A DNA stretch of 64,000 bases. Source: Octopus vulgaris (Eukaryota). The stretch lies in NCBI GenBank assembly GCA_951406725.2, contig OX597818.1, positions 12,958,001 to 13,022,000 of the forward strand, in the 5' to 3' direction. Positions 28,345 to 40,616 of the stretch are shown piece by piece; the first letter of the stretch is position 1; each line of letters starts with the position of its first letter. A program made the position numbers and the translations under genes. The notes under the pieces are model-generated. The model was not told the DNA's origin and did not search any database. It saw nothing but the letters and a program-made list of their open reading frames with translations.

Positions 28345-29858
28345 ACTTATTGTATTATTAATTGAAGGAGTCAAAAGAAAAGTAATAATAAATTTACTTA
28401 AGGCAATGCTAGCTCTACTACTACTAATTTAGAATCATGTATTCTGAATTTAGAATCATGTATTCGGTAAACAAAATAGCACTTCAGCCAGAAGACTGAA
28501 ACGGTTACTGCATAGAGAAAATAGAGAAATCAAAATAATTTTAGAGATGGGATATTTAATTCAAATATTTAAAAAAAGACGTATGAAACACGAAGGCTAT
28601 AATGAAATATCAACAAATATAGTACGGAAGAAAATGGGCAACTCATGAAATAGCAACAGAGTGAGCATAAGAAAAACTGACATCTGTTTTTAAAAAAAAA
28701 AACATTATTTGCTTAATAGATGAAAACGTTAACATACAGCTGGGGAAGAAAACAAGAAGCAACAATTGATCACGTGAAAAGGCGACAAACTGTGGGGATT
28801 ATGTGGCAACGGTACACCATACTTAACCAATGGCAACACGAGCTCAAACATGGTTAATGCAGAAAGATAGAAAACTGTACTACAGGAAAGAAACAAACAT
28901 AAACCTGAGAATCTCAAGATCTAAATTTGAATTTGACGGATACTTGATGAGGCACAAATCAAAATTCACCCCACAAGAACAACCAAAAGTCTCTAATGTA
29001 AAATGCTACACATAATTTCAGAATATGTGTAGGTAAGGAATAAATATTAATTTTATTTATGAACCATTTTATTTATTGCTGCCCAGTATTGGGCCAGGAG
29101 GTAGGGCAGATGACAGCGTTATGCAATGGCGACAGAATTGAGGTTTTGGAGAGACTTAACAGAAGAGATGTCTCAAATCAACCGAAGTTTGGGACGTACC
29201 AAATTACACACACAAACACATACAAAAATATATACTTAAACATCCGAACGTTGTTGATACGAACCACCAAGAAATTCTTCTTATAATAATCGAGCCTCTT
29301 TAAAATATCGAGCCATGTTTGTGACGAGAAAAGACTGACGAATGAAAAGGAATAAGTTGATGTAGAGTAGTGTTGAAATAAATATACCGAAACAAATTAC
29401 TAATATACAAGAGCCAATAATACTACTGTCTTATCCCAGATCTATCTTCGTGAAGTGTAACTAAAGAAGGTTCAAATGATGAAGGTCAATGCTAAAAGTC
29501 AATCTACTTCGAATGTGTCAGTTTTTAACCGGAGATATAAGTCGGATACTACTGAGAATGAGCATAGCAGAGTTCTCAATAAGAACAGATGTGTGATAGA
29601 ATACTATTCTCAGGAAAACTGGCATCCCCAGACCTAAACTCCCCCGCCCCAAAATGAACACGCCTCATTCTCGGCATGAAATGCCATCGGCCAAGAAGCC
29701 GATACAATTTCACACTATAGCAACGGCTTATTGGTTTATTTTAAAAGGAAAACAGGTTGCAGAGAAGTAGGGTAGAGGAAATTATGTATGTATGTATGTA
29801 TGTATGTATGTATGTATGTATGTATGTAGGTATGTATGTATGTATGTATGTATGTATG

Positions 29859-29890
<32 letters not shown>

Positions 29891-30053
29891 TAGGGAACAT
29901 TCACGAAAAAATCAAAAGAGGAAGACAGTTGGTGTAGAGTACAAACTAATGTATTAATATAAGGCTTGGGAATTGAAAAAAGTATTTAACGTTTCGAGCC
30001 TATGCTCTTCCACAGAAAGGAACACAGAAAGAAACAAGGAGAGAAAAATGTGT
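29891..30053 (-). mobile_element. Solo PLE terminal-repeat-like fragment with degenerate hammerhead core, inside (TA)n
   Basis: Minus strand TTT-CTGTGGA-A-GAGC-ATAG-GCTC-GAAAC-GTT-AAA, with microsatellite on both sides. Confidence 0.6.
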
Positions 30054-30113
30054 TATATATATATATATACATACATACATGCATACATGCATACATATAT
30101 ATATATACACATA

Positions 30114-30219
<106 letters not shown>

Positions 30220-30750
30220 TGGAGAAGGATAGATGTATGAGTAATTTATTTGTAGGATATAATGATGTTGAAATTTTTTAAAAAACAAACTATGCTAATA
30301 AATTATAAGCTGTAAAAACCTAAATATATGTTTCAGTTTTAGCCCATGGTTGATATTCTGTATGAATCCTTCAAAGAAAAATGCTAACTTTAGATCTATA
30401 AGCTCATAATAAATTTCGTACAGTTAAAAATGATACCTTGTAACTAGGGACGAGATCTGAAACATATATGTAGTTTTTTTCACATCTCCTATTATATTTT
30501 TGACCTTTACAATTTATAATTTATTTGTATTATTATGTTTTTTAAAAAAATTCAACATTTTCATATTATACAAATAAATTATTGATACATCCATCTTTCT
30601 CCATTTTCTTTCTTTCAATATTAATTATATGCGTTACTACAGTAATTTCTAACATATCGCAGAACCTTTTTCATTATATGATAGCAATTAACCAGTGGAA
30701 ATTTTGGAAAATATATAATTTCTAACGTGGATCTAACTTCCTCGAATTGG

Positions 30751-30820
<70 letters not shown>

Positions 30821-30836
30821 TTACATATATATATAT

Positions 30837-30870
<34 letters not shown>

Positions 30871-30973
30871 GTATGTATGTATGTTTGTATGCATGTATGT
30901 ATGTATGTATCTATCTATCTATTTATCTATGTAAATACACACGCGCATACGCGCACACAAACACAGACACACG

Positions 30974-31016
<43 letters not shown>

Positions 31017-31044
31017 GAGGACTAGAGTTCCAGTATTTTCGATT

Positions 31045-31265
31045 AATGAACAACCTGATCGCGAAATTAACGTCCAAGTGGCCGAGCACTCCACAGATTT
31101 GCATAACCTCTGCGTAGTTCAGTGTGACATATCGAATGTGCCAATGCTACCCGACTGAACTATAGGTGCAACTCATTATTGTCAGCTGCATGGACTGGAG
31201 CAGTGTAAAACATAGTCCTTTGCCTACAGTCTCAATGTGACGCTGGCATTAGAACTCACAACCTA
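31045..31265 (-). mobile_element. Degenerate SINE (third family)
   Basis: CAGCTG..TGGACTGGAGCA...TTTGCC..AG...TAGAACTCACAACCT resembles the reverse of a tRNA-head plus conserved-core SINE. Confidence 0.5.
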
Positions 31266-32290
31266 TATATAGGATTTTATAGCATAATACATATTAACGA
31301 TGTTTATCGCTGATTCAAAGCCAGTACGTTTGTTCTTGACAGTTTATTTGCTATTTGTGTAGAGTGTCATTCATATTATCTGGAAAATAATTTCTTCTCT
31401 TTGTTGGACCGCTATTATTTGTTAAAAGATAAACACCATGAAATTATCAGAAATGTATTCTGAAGCCAACTTTTAAGAAATTGGAAAGACCTGGGAAGCA
31501 ATATTCTTCATGCATTTAAAGAACATCGTGTTTCTGAATGGGACAACTGTAAAGCTAATGTTGTATGTCAAATAAAAAAAAACTGACGTATGCAAATGAA
31601 AATATTGCAAGACAAACAAAACTTTACATGTTCCACGCTTCTAGCTATTTGGAAGAAATTGCCTCACAGCTACTTGGTACACAAATTAGCATTGAACTAT
31701 AAAAGCTCTTATAGGACCTGGAAATTGCTATTCAACTCGAATTTATGCATGTTTACTGAGAACAACACTGCCTAATTAGAAATTTTTGCAATCATACAAT
31801 GAATGAAGTCAAATATTGAGCAACATTTTAGTTCATGAAAATAAGAAATGCATTGCATTACGTTCGGTTTACTTAGTAGAAAATGATATATGAATTGTAA
31901 TATATTTGTATAGTGAAACACACAGAATTGAAAGTTTTGGGGAAAACAACCTGATTCTTTTTCAGAAGCGAAGTAAATATTTATAGAAATGAACGCAATT
32001 TTGTAAACTGGATATTAAGAGAGATATATAACGGCTGAAACAATAAAATATGTAATGAAAATGGTGGAAATGTTACGTTCAGAAAGCATTACAAACTTTG
32101 CAAATTATAGAACTCCTATACGTTTAAGGAAGTTCAAAAAGCTATTATTGTCAAACATTTATACAACAGGTATAATTTCCAGGTATAATTAAAGTAATCA
32201 TTACAACCATATTTAAAAAGCATAGCCATACATTAGCACGTATAAACACAAACACACGCAGTGTATATAAGCATACTTATGTATGTATAA

Positions 32291-32301
32291 TATATATATA
32301 T

Positions 32302-32377
<76 letters not shown>

Positions 32378-32400
32378 GTAGATAGATAGGCAGACAGACG
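32291..32400. repeat. (TA)n(GATA)n microsatellite
   Basis: Direct reading. Confidence 0.95.
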
Positions 32401-32848
32401 CACACACATAGATTGATAGAAGGTTAGATAGACAAGGAAATAGATACGTGTATGTATACAAATATGTATGTACATATACGAGGAGACTTGGTGTTTAGTA
32501 CCGAAAATGAACCTAGATGTTTTTTCTTTACTCTGTTTCTATTTGTTCGGTGGCTTTTACAAGGTAGAAAAATTACTATAATGATGAAACCTATTGAAAG
32601 AGGTCCAAATGCCTAAAGCTGTCTTCGCTATAGACAATCTTATTTACTTTCCCTTGATGGCATGTCAGTTCATGAAGTCCTTGATTTTTCTTATTTAAGA
32701 TTATCTCAGTAATTTTGGAGTAGTTCCCAATTGCCACGAGACTTGTTTTATCTCCTCTGAAAGTGAAGAAAAGGGCAATAAATTATGAAGTTAATTTCTG
32801 TTGCACGTAGTTTACAGTCATTTGCATAGTGTTATGTATACACAGACA

Positions 32849-32914
<66 letters not shown>

Positions 32915-32957
32915 GGAATGAAAATGGAGTCAACGCAGGTTTAAACAAGTATTTTTT

Positions 32958-33042
32958 CTTTCTACATATGTTTCAAAAATTCCACTGATACTTATTCAAA
33001 AGAATAAAAGGTATAAACAATGCAATCTTCTCTTCGGGAAAG
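32958..33042 (-). ncRNA. Type I hammerhead ribozyme (PLE terminal repeat), inverted copy
   Basis: Reverse complement of 34160-34244. Confidence 0.75.
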
Positions 33043-33244
33043 TGAAAAAACGAAACTTGTCAATACGACATTTTAGCAAAAAATGATGGATTCGTATAGC
33101 GATAGACAGAACGCTATTAATATTGTTTAAAAAAAACGTTATATGATATAACGTCATAAGTAGCTAACAGAAAGAGTAGGGATATTAATAGTGAATGTTA
33201 AATATAAAGGAAATTAAAGTCTAAACTATATATAATGATAGAGA

Positions 33245-33778
33245 CTACTTATATGCACTAAAAGTATGCTTTTGCCAATGCTTACATCTGTATGCTCGTT
33301 CTATAACCGTGTTTACTAGAGTATTTTTAGTAAAAATAATGAAAAATAGCTCAGAATTGCAGAGAAGACAGAATATCTTGCCTTTGTCATATGGTATCGA
33401 AATTGAGAGGATCAACCATTCCAAATGAAATTGTTCATTGTGGTCTTTTAAATTCCAAATCAGTTTGCTGAGACCGGTACTATTCCGTTTATTTCTATCT
33501 CTAAATGTTGAGTAATGGATAGAAATTCTCTTAGATAACTCTAACGATGTGCTTCCAATGTAAAATCGTACTTTATTACGAGTACTGATTATACACTGGT
33601 ATATAGAATTTTTAATCTTAGAGTTACTTGACATAAATTTAATTCTATTGGGATTGACTTCAGATAGAATAACCTTGTTATTAATATTTCTAGAGGGTTG
33701 GATGGTAGTAGCTAAATTAATGTTAGTATTAGTAAATGTATTAATATTTAACAGTTTGTTATTATGAGAAGATATAAT
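33245..33778 (-). CDS. C-terminal GIY-YIG endonuclease of a Naiad-type PLE (5'-truncated frame)
   Basis: SIYQC...FYIGST...KRISIHYSTFR...STGLSKLIWNLKD...W.IL...PYDKGKIFCLLCNSE...CKH. The frame stays open upstream of the annotated Met to IISSHNNKLL at 33778. Confidence 0.9.
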   Translation of the reverse strand: MISSHNNKLLNINTFTNTNINLATTIQPSRNINNKVILSEVNPNRIKFMSSNSKIKNSIYQCIISTRNKVRFYIGSTSLELSKRISIHYSTFRDRNKRNSTGLSKLIWNLKDHNEQFHLEWLILSISIPYDKGKIFCLLCNSELFFIIFTKNTLVNTVIERAYRCKHWQKHTFSAYK

Positions 33779-33958
33779 TTGGAATGGTTGATCCTCTCAA
33801 TTTCGATACCATATGACAAAGGCAAGAAATTCTGTCTTCTCTGCAATTCTGAGCTATTTTTCATTATTTTTTCTAAAAATACTCTAGTAAACACGGTTAT
33901 AGAACGAGCATACAGATGTAAGCATTGGCAAAAGCATACTTTTAGTGCATATAAGTAG
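33777..33958 (+). pseudogene. Inverted duplicate of the GIY-YIG C-terminus
   Basis: LEWLILSISIPYDKGKKFCLLCNSELFFIIFSKNTLVNTVIERAYRCKHWQKHTFSAYK has only 2 aa differences from the minus-strand copy. Confidence 0.9.
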
Positions 33959-34159
33959 TCTCTATCATTATATATAGTTTAGACTTTAATTTCCTTTATA
34001 TTTAACATTCACTATTAATATCCCTACTCTTTCTGTTAGCTACTTATGACGTTATATCATATAACGTTTTTTTAAACAATATTAATAGCGTTCTGTCTAT
34101 CGCTATACGAATCCATCATTTTTTGCTAAAATGTCGTATTGACAAGTTTCGTTTTTTCA

Positions 34160-34244
34160 CTTTCCCGAAGAGAAGATTGCATTGTTTATACCTTTTATTC
34201 TTTTGAATAAGTATCAGTGGAATTTTTGAAACATATGTAGAAAG
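34160..34244 (+). ncRNA. Type I hammerhead ribozyme with extended stem II
   Basis: Stem I CTTTC/GAAAG; core CCGAAGA (U4C variant of CUGANGA); stem II GAAGATTGCATTG...TTATTC-TTTT-GAATAA...CAGTGGAATTTTT; GAAA; palindromic stem III AC-ATAT-GT; GUA cleavage triplet. Confidence 0.75.
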
Positions 34245-36542
34245 AAAAAATACTTGTTAAAACCTGCGTTGACTCCATTTTTCATTCCTATTATTCAAAT
34301 ATTCAACGTAAACACGAAGTTTCAACCTTTATAAACAAGGAGTTACAACATCTTTACTTGTGAGATTTTGCTGCCCTGGTAACTATTCATTCATTTATCC
34401 GTGTTAATTGTTAACAAGGTAAAATACACTCATCTATTTATATATATATATATAATAAACAAAAAATTAGCGCTGATTAGCAGTACTCTTAATTGCTTCA
34501 ATTTATTGAACGATCGTAAGTTCGTATATGATTTATTATATCAAGAATAAACGTTTACCATGACATCCCCATTTGAGATAGTATTTATATTGGAGTTTCA
34601 AGATTCAGCGAATTATTACCTAATTTTACCTCTTTCGGAATCCAATTGCTTTCGTATTTTTCATGCAATCTTATTAACGAATTCGCAGTTTAAATCTTCA
34701 TTGTAATTTACTCCTTGCTCTTTACATATAATCTCGTCTATTCGTTTCAGAAGTTAATAAGTTTTCTTGAATATATGGCATAAAATACATAGCTTACAGT
34801 TACATAAGCGCTGATATCTGAACATTTCTTGCAAGGCCGTATACGTTGTATTGTTTTTCGTATGGTGGTTACTGTTACATCATGTATTATGCTGTCATGC
34901 TGAACCTACTTATTAAAAAATAAAGGCTTGAAAGAAAGGAGTTTCAAGTATTAAATGCTCAATATCTTTATAACTACAACTTTTTGCCACAAAAGGCAGT
35001 GCATATGAAAGTGGAATACAAAAATGAATATAATAATCCGTCTTATGGAACTAACAGGGTGAATGCAGATATAATAAGGTATGCTGAGTTGAGAATGCTT
35101 GAAATCACATAGTAGGTGATTAAAAGGTTATCATGACACTATGCGTAAAGGATGCTGCAAAGAATAATGTTTTTGAATTAAAAATAGAACAATAAACATG
35201 ATGTGTGATTGAGAAATGTTGCTTTCATTTCTTAATTTGTTACTTTTTATTATTATTTCGCTATTCATCATATACTTATAACAATAAAATCAGTCTCACT
35301 TGATGTGATTTTGTTAATATCAGGGAGGAGAAACTTCAAATCACCTTTCTGATCAATGTATATATTTTTGAATTCACCTAATATTTATATATAATTGACC
35401 AATTCTCTTGGATGTACTGCTCTTCAAGACAACTATCGCGAACATACAATGACATTCTCTTTCTGTATAATAATCCACACAATATCACTGAATTACTTAT
35501 CTGTAGGTACTAGAACGGATCTACATTCACGTGGTACAAGTTTTACAATAAGATATATTTCAAAGTGTAAAATACACGTGTGAATTTCTGTTTTAACATG
35601 GATAAATTTTTATGGGAGCTAATCGAATATTACAATACTTTTCTAGGGTGGACTGCACAATTCCATGAAAAGTATTGGTGTTTCAAACTGGGTAGAATAT
35701 CCACAAAAAAAAATGGATTTTAACTATGAAAGACATTTCAAATCATAAGAATGCTTGAAGATTTTGAAGACGGCCATGGGGCGTGATTTTGAAAGAAATA
35801 TTAATAAAATATTTTGTTGCTATGTAATTTGTAAACAATTGAAAAACAACTAAGTCAGGAGATGTCTGACTGTTGGAATATAAACAAAATGCCATTAAAA
35901 GGATTTGCAGGAAATACCGATTGTGGATATGTGCCCACAAGTTTGAAACACTAGGGTTCAGTCTTCAGTACAAGCTTAAGGCAGGTGATCATATTTCTCA
36001 TCAGGGAAAGTGTCGTTAATCACATGTTTGTTCACCTGGTTAGAGGATCATTACCATGTACCTTGATGATGTGAGGTGGGAGAGAGAAAGAGAGAAGGAG
36101 AGAAATAGAGAGAGAGGGAGGAAGAGATCGTGAGCGATGTGAATTTCTGAAGCCTATGCAACACCACCATATATCCTGAACTATACAAAATACTGGTTAA
36201 CGCTCCAAGCCTTATTTGTAGGATTTTCTCAAAATAGGAAAGAATGTTAGTCATTAAATCTTACCACTTTTCGAACATTCTGTTTTTGTATCCAAATTTA
36301 AAATTCATTATAGAAAGTTGGAGCAGATATGAAACACAGTCACCAATAGGCAATATTACTTCTCAAGAAAATACTTCTGAGTATTGGACTCCAGGACGTA
36401 AGTATTGTAGATTAAATATTAATAATGAAGGAACAATTTTCAAGGAGAGAAAAGAATTCTTATTGAAGCATAACGGAAGTGTTCTGTTTAAAGTACGAAT
36501 GTCATTTTCTACAAGCTGAGAGCGTGTTTATGTATGTAAACG

Positions 36543-36580
<38 letters not shown>

Positions 36581-36583
<3 letters not shown>

Positions 36584-37044
36584 GAAATTAATAAAAAAAC
36601 AGGTGTTGGCAATGTTATGCCATAAAGGAAAATTACAGTCAACTAAACTTGGCTAAGGATGTGAAGAACACCTACGTTGCTAGAAATAGGAGCTAAAATA
36701 CTTCAATGTTGTTACAAAGCACATAGCATATACTCACATAGGGGCTGCAATCATCGCGAACACCGAGTTGACAAATAAAGTTTTCCTTTACGGTATAACG
36801 TTGCAAACAGCTATTTTAATAATTTATTTTCTATACACTTTAGCGATCAGCTAAATCATTTATGGTGAATATATATACTCTGATAGGCAGTCTGACGTTA
36901 CTGACAATGACTATGGAAATAGATGCAACTGGCCGATCCGACTGAGGAAGTTTTTTGGGGTGGTGGATGGGTGAGAACGATCTTTTTAGGTCCTATTCCT
37001 AGAAATGTAGGTGTGATTCACACTCTTAGTCAAGTTTAGTTGAC
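36581..37044. repeat. Two interleaved diverged inverted-repeat pairs between (TA)n tracts
   Basis: 36585-36634 pairs with 36778-36825, and 36638-36698 pairs with 36984-37044. Confidence 0.7.
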
Positions 37045-37176
37045 GATATATATATATATATATATACAAAATTATAATTTAGGGTATCTAAGAGGTACCA
37101 CCACGCTGGAAATTGCGGTCAGAACTTGACTCTAAAACCACATTAGATGTTCATACATCACCAGCAGAGAAGATAT

Positions 37177-37231
<55 letters not shown>

Positions 37232-37344
37232 TTATATATCAGCACAATTGAAGACATTTTAGAGGTTGTTACCATCCACCGAACATTTTGTGCATTGTTA
37301 TTTCTCACTTTGTATTTATTGTCCATTTTCTGTCTCCTTGCTAT

Positions 37345-38656
37345 CTTCTACTGGCCCTGACATAAAACCGTTCTAGAGATTCAAAGCAAAGTGGGTGGAA
37401 ATTGGCAAGAACAATTATCAAACAGTAACACATGACCCCCGAAATTGCAGATAAAATCTCAGATGCTGAAGAAAGCATTCAATTTGCTCCAGCTCAGCTT
37501 GATGACCTGCAGCCTCGTGATGACTACAAGAAATTGCTAAGAAAGGCACCAGATTTAAAGCACTAGGAGCATAACACAGAGCACGATGGATGTCTAAGCT
37601 AATTTACTGCATGTAAATTTGGTTGATTAAATCTCAGTTTAAACTAATTGAGAGCGAGCGAGAGAGAGAGAGAAAAGGACTGAGAGACGCTTGCTGCTTT
37701 TCAGCTGCGATATACATCAGATCGGGGTACCTGACATCCAAACGCTCATCCACCCCTCGCGTTCAGTTTTGTATTTTGTGCAAAGTCCGCATCTCTAGAA
37801 GCAAAAGGATGACAATATTTCAAGTGATGCACTCAATAAGTTGTTGAGAACTTGCGGCGCTTGCATTTTTTGATTCAGCTGTCTCACATGAGACAAAAAT
37901 CAAAAGTAAGCATGCTCTGCAGAAACCAGTTGACTCAAAACCAAGTAAAGGAGCAACAATAAATACCGGAATCAGCTGGGCAGAAAAGATGCAGGGTTTC
38001 CTTAATGCCAACGCAAAGAAGTTCTTTAAAATCCTAGATGCGCCTTGCATTTTTCTTGAAAAAGATGCTGAAGAATAGAATGATGATGAAAATTATGCGA
38101 ATGCAAGAGATATCACATATGGACTTAAAGTGGTAAACGGCATTGCGCAAAGAGGTGTACGACTGATGGAGGAATACAACAAACTGATAATCAATGATGA
38201 ACAGGAGAAACAATATCTTCTGCAAATTGTTAAATGTTACAGGTCATCACTCACAAACAAAAACAAGAAAACATTACTCTTGCTTCAGAACAAACAAAAA
38301 TAAACTGACATACGTGGTTATGCTATGCCTATTGGGGAAACTTCCACATAAAAAAGTTAACGCGCTATACGCTCTACCTCACTACGTACTATAGCCTACA
38401 ATATCATCGATATTTTTCAAACTAGGGTTAACTAGGTACATTTCAAAGCTAGTCCGAGGAAAATATCAACAAATCAATATTTTGGAACACAAACTGATAT
38501 ACAAATATTTTTAAAGTTTGCTAGCAACTTCTAATTTTCGCTTTTTCAAGCCCAAATTTCGCATACGATGCTTTCTTAGGAATATAAATAAAATAGGAGG
38601 GTGTCTCCATGAAAAGTGAAGAAAAAATTTTTTGACCCCTTTTTTGCATCACCTTA
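37345..38656 (+). mobile_element. hATm-like DNA transposon remnant (transposase pseudogene plus right end)
   Basis: GPDIKPF*RFKAKW, QPRDDYKKLL, FKALGA*HRARWMSKLIY, LKVVNGIAQRGVRLMEEYNKLIINDEQEKQYLLQIV. The right terminus reverse complement is TAAGGTGATGC, similar to TAGGGTG-type hATm ends. Confidence 0.75.
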
Positions 38657-38662
38657 ATACAC

Positions 38663-38695
<33 letters not shown>

Positions 38696-38749
38696 TATAT
38701 ATATAATGTTATATTATATATTTATATATTCCACTTTTATTTCTTTTAT

Positions 38750-38955
38750 TTCCTTTACTTGTTCCACTCATATGAGTGCGGCCATGCCGGACCATCGCCT
38801 GAAAGGGTATTAGTCGAAGAAATCGACCCTAGGTCATATTTTTTGTAAGCCTAGTAGTTATTCTATCCGTCTCTTTTGCTGAACCGCCAAGTTAGGGTGA
38901 CATAAACACACAAGCATCGTTTGTCAATGGATGCGAGAAACACAAACACCGCCAC

Positions 38956-38999
<44 letters not shown>

Positions 39000-39140
39000 G
39001 TCATGCTTCTTCCAGCTTCCGGCTAACAAATCTACTCACAACGCTTTGATCGATCAGAAACCATTGGTGCCACGCAGTGGGATTGAACCCGGAACCATGT
39101 GGTTGGGAATCAAGCTTCTTGTCACACTGCCAAGCCTGCA
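38750..39140 (-). mobile_element. tRNA-derived SINE, diverged copy of the 5.6-kb family
   Basis: GTGCCACGCAGTGGGATTGAACCCGGAACCATGTGGTTGG and TCTCTTTTGCTGAACCGCCAAGTTA match the reverse complement of 5632-6027. Confidence 0.85.
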
Positions 39141-40469
39141 TTAATATACATACATATAAGTATACGTCTTTCTTGCAATAATAGTATTTTGATTTGATTT
39201 TAATCCCCTCTTCGTTTCCCCTTTCGACAATTCTAGGAGTAAATAAACGAATTGTTAACATATGCGACTCAAAATTCAGGTGTACTTGAGAGTGTTTTCG
39301 GATAAAGTGCATTATCCTTCAGCCGTGTAAATTATGTAATCTTTACCAAGTATTTCTCATTTTATGCTAACGATAGCAGAAATCATAACCAACTGAATTA
39401 TAACAAGCTGAATTAGAATTCAAATCATTATTCCAGTTCACTTTTAGTCTTGATTTTTATCTATATGCCGTTCTCGGCATCTCTTTTTGACAAACTAATA
39501 TTGATTTCTAGCAAAGGGATAGCGTACACCATTTCACTGAGTGTAATGTTGGTCAATATTAACACATGTTGCTGACTGGTCGCTAACTTTATCGATTCTG
39601 GAAAGAAGAAAGTTTAAATTATGCCTGGTTCGTTTTGTCATCAAATTTAAAGATCTCTAAATAAATACCACAAAATTTTGATTCCAAGTTTTAAAATTTT
39701 TGACATTTTCCCACCCTGTAGCGCACTTACATTACAAGTAAATCTTTGCAGTTGATGGTTTCAGTATATGAACTTAAATGTCTTTTTACAGGGTTACGTA
39801 AAAGCAAATCCATGCGTCTGGCTGCCAAAGATCATTTACATGTTGAAGGGAAATACATGGCTGAACGGCCACGTATTATTTGGCAAAAGGATAAAAAAAT
39901 GATGGGCCCCAATGAAATTCTTTCCTCATAACCATCAGAACAATGGAGATATTTTAATGACCATCCAGATGGTGTAATTTCTAATTATATATTAATTTGT
40001 TGTTAAGAAAATATTTGTTTCGGGATCAAGGACTGCAGTTGCGGAAAATAATCGAGAGTCCGATTTCTTTCCCGTTAGCTTTCAGAAAAATGTCTTTCAG
40101 AGCGTTTCAATTACGATTATATAGGAAAAGGGTGAGCACACACACACACATTCATGCTGGGTCAATTTTTTTCGAAATTTCACGTTTCATTTTGAAATAG
40201 CACGCATACTTTACGATATATGCGCTGTATATTGTAAATTATGCGTGCTATTGCACAAATTAAAGATCTTAGATCTACTAATAGGAACTACAAATTTGTA
40301 CATGTAGGATAAATATGTAAGAAATTTCCTATTCGAAGTTCTTCAGAGAAGGAAACAAATCATACAGGATTTATATTTATATGAAGCGTTTATATATAGT
40401 TATTGAGTAATAAAGTGCCTGGTTAGTAGGGAATGAGAGAGTGAAGTGCGAATCTAGAAATAGAACATT

Positions 40470-40571
40470 TCAAACACATATATATACATATGCAAACACA
40501 TATATATACATATACATACATATATATACATATATATATATATACATACATATATATATATATATGTATAT

Positions 40572-40613
<42 letters not shown>
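40470..40613. repeat. (TA)n/(TACA)n microsatellite
   Basis: Direct reading. Confidence 0.93.

Positions 40614-40616
<3 letters not shown>

Larger units (their letters stand above)
32913..34438. mobile_element. 5'-truncated Naiad-type PLE with head-to-head inverted terminal repeats, within (TA)n
   Basis: Arms of ~515 bp (32913-33426 and 33777-34291) are near-identical reverse complements. It has a GIY-YIG ORF, a hammerhead in each arm, a ~145-bp extension on the right arm only, and TA tracts at both ends. Confidence 0.92.

Noticed and set aside
37080-37092. TAGGGTATCT as the left TIR of the hATm remnant
   Set aside because: It matches the right end only in the first few bases, has no TSD, and most of the transposase 5' part is missing.
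39791-39930. Possible internal exon after TTTTTACAG
   Set aside because: There is no good donor, and the peptide (EGKYMAERPRIIW) looks like a decayed RTE-type G.R.RGRP..W C-terminus.
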